From an uncultured Dehalococcoidia bacterium (GTDB lineage Bacteria; Chloroflexota; Dehalococcoidia; Lucifugimonadales; CAJWER01), in assembly GCA_958296115.1 (NCBI GenBank), contig OY282442.1:1371158-1435157 (forward strand): a stretch of DNA of 64,000 nt, read 5' to 3'. The notes beneath the pieces are model-generated. The model saw only the letters and a program-made list of their open reading frames with translations. It ran no database searches and had not been told where the DNA came from. Below are positions 16,265-26,113 of the stretch, one piece after another. How positions within the stretch are numbered: position 1 is the stretch's first letter; each line of letters starts with the position of its first letter. Made by a program: the position numbers and the translations under genes.

Positions 16265-17980
16265 ATGGAATTGACCGTTGCCGGACCGGATAGCGAACGC
16301 GCCCGCAAGAGGGCCATACACGGCTGGTGCATGTACGACTGGGCCAACTCGGCCTTTGCGACCAGCATCGGCACGGCGATACTGCCCGTATATTTCGTAG
16401 CGCTGTTCAGGGACGCCTTCGGTTCAGAAGCGTTGTTCTTGGGGTTCAGCCTCACGGGCAGCTCGGTTTGGAGCCTCGGCGTCGCCGTCTCCACAGCCAT
16501 CGTGGCCTTCAGCAGCCCCGTTCTCGGCGTGATAGCCGACAGAGCGGCCATCAAGAAGACGCTGCTCAAGACCTACACCGTCGTCGGGGCTGCCTTCACC
16601 GCGCTCGGCTTCTTCAGCGCATACACCGGCGCGCCCTGGGCCTGGATATTCGGCTGCTACGCTGTAGCCAACATCGGCTTCGCGGGCGGCATCGTCTTCT
16701 ACAATTCGTTCCTGCCGTACCTTGGCGAGGCCCGGGAGTTGGACAGGATCAGCAGCCGGGGTTACGCATACGGATACGTGGGCGGCGGGCTGCTGCTGAC
16801 GATGCATCTCGCGCTGATACTGGCTTTCACGGACAGCGGCAGCCTCGATCTCGTCACGCGGCTCGCGGTGGCGTCGGTCGGCGTATGGTGGCTCGGGTGG
16901 GCGCTGTGGACGTTCAGGACATTGCCCGAGCCGAAGATAGCCGCTCTTGCCGGCGGCATAGACCTCAGATCCGCCGCGCCCGCCGCGTTCGCGCAGCTCG
17001 GACGGACCTTCAGGGAGGTCTCCCGCTTCCGAATGTTGGCCTTCTACCTCGCCGTGTACCTGTTCTTCAACGACGGCGTGCAGACCGTGCTCGCCGTCGC
17101 AGGAGCGTTCGGGCCCGACACGCTAGGCATATCGCTGGTGTCGAACATGGCCACCATCCTGATAGTGCAGTTCGTCGCCGCCGGGGGCGCCGTGCTGTTC
17201 GGACGCCTGGCCGATGCAATCGGCGCCAAGGGCGCGCTCATGATAGCGCTGGCCGGCTGGTGCTTCGTCATCGCGATAGCGGTGGGGTTCGCCCCGCTCG
17301 AGCCGGCCTCGCACGCCGACTACGACTACCGACTGGAGATCGCCGACTCCGGAAGCTACGCCGTCGCAGCCAAACCCGACCTTTCGGACGACCGCAGGGA
17401 GGACCGCGAGTGGGAGGACGCGCACGGCAGCCTGTTCGAGCGCGAGACGCTGACCCGCTCGCAAGCGCAGGACCTGCTGGAGGCCGTCAGGACGTCGGAG
17501 GTCTCCCGATTCGGCATTTCCGTCCAGGGCGGACCGCTCGACGGCGAGGCCGCGGTGGGGCCGTCGCACCCGTCCGTTCTGGGCGGGCCGATAGGCTGGT
17601 GGCCCCGCGCCCTGCGCCAGCGCATATGGGAACCACTGGGGTTGGCGGTCGATTTCCAGTGGATGGTCCTGGGAATACTCGTCGGCCTCGTCCTGGGCGG
17701 CAGCCAGGCCCTAGCCAGGAGCCTGTTCGCCTACATGACCCCCGAAAGCCGCAGCGCCGAGTTCTTCGGGTTCTTCGGATTCGTCGGCAGAGCGTCGGCA
17801 GTCTTCGGCCCCACGCTGTACCTCCTGTTCACCGGCATCTACGACACGCGGGTGGCAATCCTCGTCATACTCATCATCATCATCGTCGGCACTGCGCTTC
17901 TGCGCTGGGTCAACGTCAGCGAAGGCAGAGCAACGGCAATCGAGGAGGACCGCCTAACGCAGGCCGCGGGAAACGCCTAG
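16265..17980 (+). CDS. MFS transporter, UMF1/Atg22-like family
   Basis: The N-terminus GWCMYDWANSAFATSIGTAILPVYF is typical of UMF1. It has 12 or more hydrophobic helices with a ~120-aa charged insertion in the middle. Confidence 0.75.
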   Translation: MELTVAGPDSERARKRAIHGWCMYDWANSAFATSIGTAILPVYFVALFRDAFGSEALFLGFSLTGSSVWSLGVAVSTAIVAFSSPVLGVIADRAAIKKTLLKTYTVVGAAFTALGFFSAYTGAPWAWIFGCYAVANIGFAGGIVFYNSFLPYLGEARELDRISSRGYAYGYVGGGLLLTMHLALILAFTDSGSLDLVTRLAVASVGVWWLGWALWTFRTLPEPKIAALAGGIDLRSAAPAAFAQLGRTFREVSRFRMLAFYLAVYLFFNDGVQTVLAVAGAFGPDTLGISLVSNMATILIVQFVAAGGAVLFGRLADAIGAKGALMIALAGWCFVIAIAVGFAPLEPASHADYDYRLEIADSGSYAVAAKPDLSDDRREDREWEDAHGSLFERETLTRSQAQDLLEAVRTSEVSRFGISVQGGPLDGEAAVGPSHPSVLGGPIGWWPRALRQRIWEPLGLAVDFQWMVLGILVGLVLGGSQALARSLFAYMTPESRSAEFFGFFGFVGRASAVFGPTLYLLFTGIYDTRVAILVILIIIIVGTALLRWVNVSEGRATAIEEDRLTQAAGNA

Positions 17981-18116
17981 GCGCGATACCTGAACAAGAA
18001 CACAAGCCAACCCATCGGCACTCTCTCGGCGCAAATGAGCCGTGACGAGCTCTTCGGGCTGTTTGAGATGGGGCATCAGCCGAGATAGCGCCGGTTCGTT
18101 CAGATAGTTGCTGCGT

Positions 18117-19691
18117 CTATGTCGATGCCCTGCCTCGGCGCAGTGAGCGGCCTGGCAGGGCGCCGGTGTTCTCGCCTCGCTCTATGACCACCTTGCCGTT
18201 GACTATGACGTACTCTATGCCCACCGGGTAATGCTTCGGGTCCTCGCGGGTTGCGCGGGTCTTGACGGTGTTCGGGTCGAAGGCGACGATGTCCGCCTTG
18301 AAGCCGTCACGCAGCAGGCCGCGGTCGGGGATGCCTAGCCTCTGCGCCGGGAACGACGTCATCTTCCTGATGGCCTCGGGCAGCCGCAGATGCTTCTCGG
18401 CCCTCACGAATTCTGCCAGCACCAGGGGGAAGCAGCCGTAGGTGCGCGGGTTCGGATACTCCCCGAACACGATGGCGTCGCTGGCTATCATCCCGTAAGG
18501 ATGCGACACGAACGCCGACAGCGTATGAGCGTTTGTGCCCAGCGCTACCATCGAGACGCCCAGGTTCTCCTCTATCATCAGGTCGAACATCGTGTCCCAG
18601 GGGTCGAGTCCGCGCTCCTCTGCGATGTCCGTCAGCAGCCGCCCCTCGTGCTTCTTGTTTCCGCGCCGCGTGAAGTTGGTCAGCCAGCTGTTGTCGAGCG
18701 CGTCGCGCGGTATCTCCCTCTTTAGCCGCGCCCGGTCGGCTGGGTCCCGCAGCGCGGCCATGAGCCGCTCCGGGCCGCCGTCCTTGCTCCATTTCGGGAA
18801 GTTGATGACCAGGTGCGTGCCCGAGTATGGGTAGCTGTAGCAGTCGAACGTAACGTCCATGCCCTCGTCTCTGGCGTCCTCCACGAGCGCGATGTAGTCC
18901 AGGTGGCTGCCGGCTCCCTGCGCGCTCTGGCGGTAGTGGGTCAGATGCACGGGGCAGCCGCTCCGGCGGCCGATCTCGACCGCCTCCTCGAACGGCGCGA
19001 GCAAGCTCACCTCGCGCAGGTCCGAGCGCGTGTGGGTATGGTAGAACCCGCCCATGCGGGCCGTCGTCTCGCAGAGCGCCACGAGCTCGTCCGTGTCCGC
19101 GTATGCTCCCGGCTCGTAGTCCAGCCCGGTGGACAGCCCCCACGCTCCCTCCTCCATGGACTCGCGCACGATGGATTGCATCTCCGCAATCTGCGCCGGC
19201 GTGGCCGGCGCGTCGTTCCAACCCACGCTCCATATGCGCGCCGGGTTGTTGCCAAGTATGTACGCGATGTTGACGGCGACGCTGTTGTCGTATTTGCCCA
19301 GATACTCGGCCACCGTGAGCCAGTCCGCGGGCATTGGCGGATAGCCGTTCAGCCCGGAATCGAGCCAGATGTACCTGTGCAGCTCCTCTTGGCTCTTGAA
19401 GGGCGCGTGGGAGATGCCGTCTATGCCGACCAGCTCGGTCGTAACCCCCTGCCGCACTTTCGGGTCATGGCGCGGAGCGCCCAGGATGGTCAGGCCCGCG
19501 TGCGAGTGCAGGTCTATGAAGCCCGGGCACACGACCAGCCCGGCCGCGTCAATCCTTCGCGCGGCGTGGACCTCCGGCAACTCGCCGCGTCGGACGGCGA
19601 CGCATTCGTTTTCCACGATGACGGCGGCGTGGAATCCAGGGCTGCCGCTTCCGTCAACCACGAGCCCGTTTTCTATCAGCAGGTCAACCAT
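18117..19691 (-). CDS. Amidohydrolase, N-acyl-D-amino-acid deacylase (D-aminoacylase) family
   Basis: 524 aa. Matches the family at VVDGSG...CPGFIDLHSHAG, and the C-terminal beta-sandwich (VIVNGKVVIERGE) is typical of D-aminoacylases. Confidence 0.8.
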   Translation of the reverse strand: MVDLLIENGLVVDGSGSPGFHAAVIVENECVAVRRGELPEVHAARRIDAAGLVVCPGFIDLHSHAGLTILGAPRHDPKVRQGVTTELVGIDGISHAPFKSQEELHRYIWLDSGLNGYPPMPADWLTVAEYLGKYDNSVAVNIAYILGNNPARIWSVGWNDAPATPAQIAEMQSIVRESMEEGAWGLSTGLDYEPGAYADTDELVALCETTARMGGFYHTHTRSDLREVSLLAPFEEAVEIGRRSGCPVHLTHYRQSAQGAGSHLDYIALVEDARDEGMDVTFDCYSYPYSGTHLVINFPKWSKDGGPERLMAALRDPADRARLKREIPRDALDNSWLTNFTRRGNKKHEGRLLTDIAEERGLDPWDTMFDLMIEENLGVSMVALGTNAHTLSAFVSHPYGMIASDAIVFGEYPNPRTYGCFPLVLAEFVRAEKHLRLPEAIRKMTSFPAQRLGIPDRGLLRDGFKADIVAFDPNTVKTRATREDPKHYPVGIEYVIVNGKVVIERGENTGALPGRSLRRGRAST

Positions 19692-19700
19692 GTCCGCACC

Positions 19701-20858
19701 CTATGAACTGGATTCCTCCGTCAATATCTCCCGGAGGCGGCCTGCGACTATCTCCTCTTCGCCGTCGCGCAGGTTGACTGGAACTACGGCTATCCCGCCC
19801 TCCGGCCCGGCCGGGCCCAGGTATATCGGCGGGTCGCCCTCGCGCAGCCGCGAAATCACCTCCGCCTCGGACGGGCCCCGCCATGCGCTCTCCAGGAACA
19901 CCAGCGCCCGCGCGTGGCCGCTCCTAGAATCCTCCAGGCCCGGCATCGCTTCCGCCAGCTCTGCACGGACGCTCTCGATGCCGCGCAGGGCTTCGACGAT
20001 GTACTCGCACTTGCTCCGCCAGGACGCCGCGACCGCCTCGTGGTCGGTGTCCACGAAGAGTTCCAGGGCGGCGATCAGCCCGGCTATGTTCTCCTTCGAC
20101 ACCTTGGCGGGCCTGCCGATGCCCTGGCTGTTCGGCGCGGCGTTCATGGCCGCCGCCTCTATCAGGTCCTTGCGTCCGCACAGGATTCCCGTGGACTGCG
20201 GCCCCATCACGCCCTTGCCGCCGCTGAAGCTCACCAGGTCGGCCCCTGCCCGTATGTACTTCGTGAGGTTCTCGGCCGGCGGCAGCATGGCGGCCGCGTC
20301 CACGATGACCGGAACTCCCCGCTCGTGGGCGGCCTCCACCACTGTCTCTAGGGGCAGCGCGCCGCCCTTCCTGGGGCCGAATACGTACGCCGCCGCCGCC
20401 GTCTTGCTGGTAATCGCGTCCTCCAGCTCCCAGCGTTCGGTCGCGCCGGTGTCCCCTATCTCCACCAGCCTCGCGCCCGCCGCCCGAAAGTTGCGGTCAT
20501 ACGAGACGCGGTGCGCCCGGTGGATGACTATACGGTTCTTCATGCCGCGCGTGTCGGGAAGCCGCCACACCTTCGCGGGGTCCGTCCCAGCCATGCACGC
20601 CGCCGCCTGCAGCAGCATCCCCGCGCCAGAGCCAGCCGTCACCAGTCCGGCCTCCGCCCCCGTAACCCGCGCGATGACCTCGCCCGCCCGCCTGTTCAGC
20701 TCGTGCATGTCGACGAAATGCCGAGAAGCCTCCTCCATGGCCCGCAGCGCCGGCGCAGGCATGATGCTGCCGCCCGCGACCGTAACCCAGGACCAAGCAT
20801 TGATGACCGGCCTGACCCCAAGCCGCTCGTAGAACCCTTCCCCTCTATACGATTGCAT
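19701..20858 (-). CDS. SelA-like (DgaE-like) fold-type I PLP-dependent enzyme
   Basis: 385 aa. FSGGKGVMGPQSTGILCG matches the SelA-family PLP-lysine region. It lies 9 nt upstream of the D-aminoacylase gene on the same strand. Confidence 0.6.
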   Translation of the reverse strand: MQSYRGEGFYERLGVRPVINAWSWVTVAGGSIMPAPALRAMEEASRHFVDMHELNRRAGEVIARVTGAEAGLVTAGSGAGMLLQAAACMAGTDPAKVWRLPDTRGMKNRIVIHRAHRVSYDRNFRAAGARLVEIGDTGATERWELEDAITSKTAAAAYVFGPRKGGALPLETVVEAAHERGVPVIVDAAAMLPPAENLTKYIRAGADLVSFSGGKGVMGPQSTGILCGRKDLIEAAAMNAAPNSQGIGRPAKVSKENIAGLIAALELFVDTDHEAVAASWRSKCEYIVEALRGIESVRAELAEAMPGLEDSRSGHARALVFLESAWRGPSEAEVISRLREGDPPIYLGPAGPEGGIAVVPVNLRDGEEEIVAGRLREILTEESSS

Positions 20859-20932
20859 GAGACCCCCCGCCTCGGAGTTGGGCCGGAGTGTAAATGCGCC
20901 CCTGAATGACTGTCAAACCCACCCGGAGGCTG

Positions 20933-21379
20933 TCACACCCGCTCCGCAGTCTGCCAATGCTCGTAGAGACTTATGAGCATGAGATTCGTTGCAAGGGCCA
21001 GATGAAGGGACGACGATATCCACGCCGTGAACCACTCGGATTCCGACATGATGGATAGTCCGAGGATAATGCGAACCGCCATCGTGATGAAGTACGCCGC
21101 TCCCAGGACCGCAACCGGGCGCCGCCAGCTTCGACCCACGACGGGGCGAAGCGCGTACATGCGCAATACGACCCACACGGAGGCTGCCAGTATCAATACC
21201 TGGGATCCCAACAGGACAGGATACGGCAACTCGCTCCCCTGCCACGCCTCGAATGACGGGAGAAACGATACGGGCGTCCAGTTCTGGACCGCTTGTCCGA
21301 TCACTCTGAGCAGGAATGCGAAGCTGAGCAGACCCACCGCGTGAGCAAGGGAGCGGCGGGTCCGTTCATCAGACGACAT
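20933..21379 (-). CDS. Integral membrane protein (4 predicted TM), unknown function
   Basis: 148 aa and strongly hydrophobic. It overlaps the end of the upstream FAD oxidoreductase gene by 11 nt. Confidence 0.5.
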   Translation of the reverse strand: MSSDERTRRSLAHAVGLLSFAFLLRVIGQAVQNWTPVSFLPSFEAWQGSELPYPVLLGSQVLILAASVWVVLRMYALRPVVGRSWRRPVAVLGAAYFITMAVRIILGLSIMSESEWFTAWISSSLHLALATNLMLISLYEHWQTAERV

Positions 21380-22763
21380 TGCGGTAATGCTCGTGCCAGT
21401 CGCTGGAGAAGACGTGGTCCGGGTCCGCTTGGCGCTTCCGCTCCAAGAAGCTTGGGAACTGTGGATATGCGCGCTTCAGTTGCTCTCCCGAGGCGAAGCG
21501 GTTGTAGGTCAGGAAGTAACTCCCGCCCAACGAGAGCGCGGCGTCTATCAAGCCTCTCAGGGCGTTCGCGGCCATGTCCCGTCCGTGGGGCGTATGCTCC
21601 ACGTGCAGATTGAACACGATGCATGCGTAGCGCTTCGCCGCCCAATTGAGAAAGGTCTCATGGTCGGCCTCGATGAGCCGTATCGTCCCGTATATCACGT
21701 TCGAGCGGTGACCGACCAGGATGTCCCGCGACTCGCGCATGAACTCGACGAGCGATTCGAGGGGTACGTACAACTCCGTGATGGTCTCGGAGCCGGGATT
21801 CGCGGCGCCCGCCGCGGCGTCCAAGGCGCGATGGTAGCCATCGACGTAGGCGCTCATCTGGAAATCGCCGCTGTCGTAAGTCTGGCCCCGCGTGCTCATG
21901 TAGAAGCGGGCGTACTCTTCGAAGGCCCTCGCCTTATCGACGTGGGCTAGATGGATCAGTCTCTTCCAGTCTTCTTCTGACAGCGTCATCCTGCCATCGT
22001 CTCTTCCCGCCGCCGCGTCATTCGTTGGGCGGTAGCATGAGAACACCCCCGTCCTCAGGAACCCTTCGGATGCTTCGTCCGTCATGTACTGGAAGTCCCC
22101 ATACGTGAACCCCGCGCGGATGCGCGAGCGGAAGGCGTCGGGCAGCTCCTCCACGTCGAAGATTTCGACCGCGCGCTCCAGTCGATGCGAGGGCTGGAGA
22201 CGCAGCCGAACGGACGTTACGACGCCGAAGAGCCCGTACCCGCCGACCGCGACGCGGAACAGGTCGGGGTTGGATGACCGGCTGCATTCACGGACGCGCC
22301 CATCCGAATCGACCATGCTGAACGACTCGATGTCTTGGACTATCGGCCTGAATTGCAGGCCGCGCCCGTGCCCGTTCGCGGCGATTGCGCCGCCCAGGCT
22401 GAGCCGGTCCGCGCCTGTCTGCTTCTGCACGATGCTCCATATTGGGCCGTCGCCGTCCTGCATCACGCGCAGCCCTGGCACGAGGTCGGACCACAGAATC
22501 CCCGCTTCGGCGTGGACTATTCCCCGCTCGCGGTCGACGCTCAGGATCCGATTCATCGACCGCATGTCGATCAGCGTTCCGCCGGAACGGAACTGCTGGC
22601 CGCCCATGGAGTGACGCCCGCCGGCTACGGCGATGTGGCCTCCGGCAGCCCTCGTTCGTCGAACCACGTCCTGCGCGTCGGCGGTCGACGCCGGACGCGC
22701 CACCCTCGAGACCGCCGTCTCGTTCAGCAGCGAGTGGATGTCGTTGACGATTACCCCAGACAC
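21369..22763 (-). CDS. FAD-binding (PCMH-type, FAD_binding_4) oxidoreductase
   Basis: 464 aa. The N-terminal half carries VAGGRHSMGGQ and GAIAANGHG, typical of vanillyl-alcohol-oxidase-type flavoenzymes. Confidence 0.75.
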   Translation of the reverse strand: MSGVIVNDIHSLLNETAVSRVARPASTADAQDVVRRTRAAGGHIAVAGGRHSMGGQQFRSGGTLIDMRSMNRILSVDRERGIVHAEAGILWSDLVPGLRVMQDGDGPIWSIVQKQTGADRLSLGGAIAANGHGRGLQFRPIVQDIESFSMVDSDGRVRECSRSSNPDLFRVAVGGYGLFGVVTSVRLRLQPSHRLERAVEIFDVEELPDAFRSRIRAGFTYGDFQYMTDEASEGFLRTGVFSCYRPTNDAAAGRDDGRMTLSEEDWKRLIHLAHVDKARAFEEYARFYMSTRGQTYDSGDFQMSAYVDGYHRALDAAAGAANPGSETITELYVPLESLVEFMRESRDILVGHRSNVIYGTIRLIEADHETFLNWAAKRYACIVFNLHVEHTPHGRDMAANALRGLIDAALSLGGSYFLTYNRFASGEQLKRAYPQFPSFLERKRQADPDHVFSSDWHEHYRNVV

Positions 22764-22915
22764 GTGTACGGCTCCTTGCGGCTCTGCCGTATCGACCGGC
22801 CCGTAGTGTTGAGTATCGCAAGGAGACTGTCAACTCGACGCGGCCGGATACAGCGACCAGCCAACCTCTGGTACACTACACCGCACTTCGGGTTAGGAGC
22901 ATCGCTATTACGAAC

Positions 22916-23626
22916 TTGGACAGCGTGGAGGCCCTGGCTTTCGACGTGTTCGGCACAGTCGTTGACTGGCGCTCCAGCATCGCGTCGGAGGGAGAGAGGC
23001 TCGCGTCCGAGAAGGGCATAGAGGGCATGGACTGGCTCGCGTTCGCCGACTCGTGGCGGGGAGGCTACGAGCCATCCATGGCTAGGGTCCGCCGAGGCGA
23101 GCTTCCTTGGATGAACATCGACGCGCTGCACCTCATGATTCTCGACGACCTGCTTGATGAGCTCGGCATAGACATGCTCACGGAGGGCGAGAAGGATCAT
23201 CTCAATCGCGCGTGGCATCGCCTCGCGCCCTGGCCGGACGCAGTAGCCGGGCTGACCCGCCTTCGGACGCGGTTCGTTACCGCTACGCTCTCCAATGGCA
23301 ACGTGGCGCTGCTGACCAACATGGCAAAGAACACTGGGTTGCCCTGGGACTGTATCCTGTCCGCCGAATTGTCCCGCCACTACAAGCCAGACCCCGAGGT
23401 CTATTCGACCGCCGCAGACCTGCTCGGGCTGCCCGCCGAGCGCGTCATGATGGTCGCCGCCCACGCCTCCGACCTCGAGGCCGCCCAGGCCGTGGGCATG
23501 AGGGCGGCCTATGTATCGCGGCCACTGGAGTTCGGCGCCGGCGGGCAGCCCGAGGACGTGACGGGCAAGCCCTTCGACATATTCGCCGACGACTTCGTGG
23601 ACCTTGCCGACAAGCTGGGCTGCTGA
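22916..23626 (+). CDS. Haloacid dehalogenase type II-like HAD hydrolase
   Basis: Nucleophile motif FDVFGTVVDW, an LSNGN motif, and a late AAHASDLEAA. Confidence 0.7.
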   Translation: MDSVEALAFDVFGTVVDWRSSIASEGERLASEKGIEGMDWLAFADSWRGGYEPSMARVRRGELPWMNIDALHLMILDDLLDELGIDMLTEGEKDHLNRAWHRLAPWPDAVAGLTRLRTRFVTATLSNGNVALLTNMAKNTGLPWDCILSAELSRHYKPDPEVYSTAADLLGLPAERVMMVAAHASDLEAAQAVGMRAAYVSRPLEFGAGGQPEDVTGKPFDIFADDFVDLADKLGC

Positions 23627-23661
23627 GGGTATGGACACACGACCACGCATGGGAGGATAAC

Positions 23662-24552
23662 ATGAGATACGCCATCGGAGACCGGAAGTACGCACTGGAC
23701 CCGGACTGGGGAAGTCTGCCCGACGGGTACGAGTTCAACCAGGTGGCAGGCGTCGCGGTGGACGCCTCCGACAACGTGTACGCCTTCAACCGCAGCGACC
23801 ATAAGCTGATGGTCCTAGACCGTGAAGGCAGCTTGGTCAAGGTCTGGAGCCGCGTCTTCGACCAGCCTCACGGCGCGCACGTGGACAAGGACGGCAACGT
23901 GTATCTGGTGGACCGCGACACCCACGTCGTGGAGAAGTTCAGCCCCGACGAGGAGTTGCTTCTCACCCTTGGCGTCAAGGGCCAGCCGTCGGACACCGGT
24001 CTCATCGACGAGGAGTTCCTGGTCGAGCGGGCGGCCGGGCCTCACAACATGCCGACCGGCGTATCCACCGCGCCCAACGGCGACATCTTCGTATCCGACG
24101 GCTACGGCAACTGCCGCGTCCACAAGTTCGACTCCGAAGGCAACCTGCTCGTGTCCTGGGGCATTCCGGGCACGGACGAGCCTGGGGAGTACAAGTTGCC
24201 GCACGGTATCGGCGTGGACAACGCCGGCAGGGTGCTCGTGTGCGACCGTGAGAACCACCGCATCCAGGTCATAGACCAGGACGGCGGGCACATCACCATC
24301 TGGACCGGCTTCCGCCAGCCGACATCCGTAGCCTTCGATGACGATGGGCTGGTCTATGTGCCCGAGCTCCAGGCGCGGCTGTCGGTCGTGGACGCTGACG
24401 GCGGCCTGCTTGCGCGCTGGGGAGGAGAGGAGAGCCGGGAGCCGGGCCAATTCGTCGCCCCGCACTGCGCGGCGGTGGACTCGCAGGGCAGCGTCTATGT
24501 CGGCGAGGTGCTGGAGGGCATGAGGCTCCAGAAGTTCGTCCGCGAGGGCTAA
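23662..24552 (+). CDS. NHL-repeat six-bladed beta-propeller protein (peptidylglycine amidating lyase-like)
   Basis: Repeated blades (GVAVDASDNVYAF, HGAHVDKDGNVYLVD, TGVSTAPNGDIFVSDGY, HGIGVDNAGRVLVCD, HCAAVDSQGSVYVGE). GGGAGG RBS before the ATG at 23662. The track ORF extension upstream overlaps the preceding gene. Confidence 0.7.
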   Translation: MRYAIGDRKYALDPDWGSLPDGYEFNQVAGVAVDASDNVYAFNRSDHKLMVLDREGSLVKVWSRVFDQPHGAHVDKDGNVYLVDRDTHVVEKFSPDEELLLTLGVKGQPSDTGLIDEEFLVERAAGPHNMPTGVSTAPNGDIFVSDGYGNCRVHKFDSEGNLLVSWGIPGTDEPGEYKLPHGIGVDNAGRVLVCDRENHRIQVIDQDGGHITIWTGFRQPTSVAFDDDGLVYVPELQARLSVVDADGGLLARWGGEESREPGQFVAPHCAAVDSQGSVYVGEVLEGMRLQKFVREG

Positions 24553-24598
24553 CCATGGGCTGCAGCCAGGGCGTCCGCAGACGCCGAGGAGTGATTGG

Positions 24599-25372
24599 GT
24601 GACGGCGTCCGACGCGCGGTTTTCCATCAGGCAACTCGAAGAGGAGGGGTACACCGGGCCGGTGGCCCTGCTAACGCCGGACGAAGCGGCTGCGGGGCGC
24701 AGGGCCTTCTTCGAGGCGATCGGGCAGGATGAGGATGCGCCCGGCCCTTCCGGGCGCCGGCCAGGCGGGTTCAACTTGGAGTACCGGTGGGCGCACGACT
24801 TGGCGACCCACGAGAAGGCGCTCGACTACGTGGAGCTGGCGCTGGGCCCTGACATCGTGCTGTGGGCCACGGTCTTCTGGTACAAGGAGCCGCGCAATGC
24901 GAAGTACATCCCATGGCACCAGGACGCGAGCTACTGGCCTATGGAGCCGCGCATCAACCTGACCGCGTGGATAGCCCTGGGGCCGACCTTCCGGGAGAAT
25001 GGCTGCCTGCGGCTGATTCCCGGCTCTCACAAGGCATGGCTCGACGACGATTACCGGCCCCTGGACGCTCAGAGCGCATTCTCGCGGGGGCTGAGTCCGG
25101 ACCAGGTGGACGAGTCGAGGGCCATCGACCTTGAGATGTCGCCGGGCGAGGCGGTCTTCTTCAGCGAGGCGACGCTGCACGGGTCGAACGCCAACGAGAG
25201 CGACGTGCCCCGGGTGGCCTACTCGCTACGCTTCACGACCCCCGAGGTGAGGTTCGACCCTGATGGGCTGAAGGAGCAGCGCATCGACTACCTAGCAAGG
25301 ACTATCTTGGTGCGCGGCAAGGACCGATACCGGCTGAACGACTCGCTGATGGCGGAGCCGCCGGCGGACTAG
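24599..25372 (+). CDS. Phytanoyl-CoA dioxygenase (PhyH) family Fe(II)/2-oxoglutarate oxygenase
   Basis: HxD iron motif in IPWHQDASYW and a distal His in ATLHGSNAN. GTG start. Confidence 0.75.
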   Translation: MTASDARFSIRQLEEEGYTGPVALLTPDEAAAGRRAFFEAIGQDEDAPGPSGRRPGGFNLEYRWAHDLATHEKALDYVELALGPDIVLWATVFWYKEPRNAKYIPWHQDASYWPMEPRINLTAWIALGPTFRENGCLRLIPGSHKAWLDDDYRPLDAQSAFSRGLSPDQVDESRAIDLEMSPGEAVFFSEATLHGSNANESDVPRVAYSLRFTTPEVRFDPDGLKEQRIDYLARTILVRGKDRYRLNDSLMAEPPAD

Positions 25373-25411
25373 ACCAGCTTTAGGTGGTCTTCTGGCCTCA
25401 GCCCGCCGCTA

Positions 25412-26008
25412 TTGCGTCTCTTGAAGTCTGACATGCCCAAGCCGCCTCAGCTCCGGATGCGGTTCGACAGGTACGACATGCTGCCAGGCGTCGAGCTTCC
25501 TGTCGGCTACACGCTGCACACGCTGGCCGAGAGGGGCGAGGACGACTGGATCGAGGCGCTGAACGCTACGGGAGAGCTTGGGGAGTGGGACCGCGCCAGG
25601 GCGAGGGAGTGGCTGGAAGCGGCCCCGCCGGGCTCGTCGGCCGCAGACCGCCCGGTCGTCCCGGAGGGTTCGTTCATCATCGTGTTCGACGGCAGGGCGG
25701 TTGCCACCACGTGCATCGTCGCGCCCACAGAGTCAGAGCCCTGCGCGGAGGTGGGATGGGTCTCCGTGTCTCCCGACCACCAGGGCAGGGGCCTGGGCTT
25801 CCAGGCGGCGCTCGCCGCGCTCCTCTACGCGAAGAGGATGGGCTACCCCGAATCACGCCTGAACACGGACGATTGGCGCCTGCCCGCTATCAAGACATAT
25901 CTCAACCTGGGGTTCGAACCCGTCATCGAGCACGAGACTCACCCCCGCCGCTGGAAGGACGTATTCGACGCCCTGGGCATTCCAGGCCCCATCCGCCGCG
26001 CCTTATGA
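25412..26008 (+). CDS. GNAT-family N-acetyltransferase
   Basis: Acetyl-CoA-binding motif HQGRGLGFQAALAALLYAKRMGY. TTG start at 25412, with an alternative ATG at 25433. Confidence 0.7.
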   Translation: MRLLKSDMPKPPQLRMRFDRYDMLPGVELPVGYTLHTLAERGEDDWIEALNATGELGEWDRARAREWLEAAPPGSSAADRPVVPEGSFIIVFDGRAVATTCIVAPTESEPCAEVGWVSVSPDHQGRGLGFQAALAALLYAKRMGYPESRLNTDDWRLPAIKTYLNLGFEPVIEHETHPRRWKDVFDALGIPGPIRRAL

Positions 26009-26113
26009 GAATCACCATGGCCTTGCGAAGGCCACGTAGAGGGATGAGAATGGCGGCGCATACCCCGGAGCGCATACTCACCGGGCCGCCGCCGGCGGAC
26101 GATAGGAGGCAAG

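Noticed and set aside
23212-23661. Long N-terminal extensions in the ORF track. Examples: NHL protein from 23212; TPP enzyme to 31691; plsY from 5290; Hjc-like protein to 34990; lipoprotein protease to 34444; nusA from 40043; MNT-hsdS from 53382.
   Set aside because: The extensions overlap the neighbouring gene and have Arg/Pro-rich junk composition. Internal starts coincide with RBS-like GGAGG motifs, stop-start overlaps or the conserved N-termini of the families.
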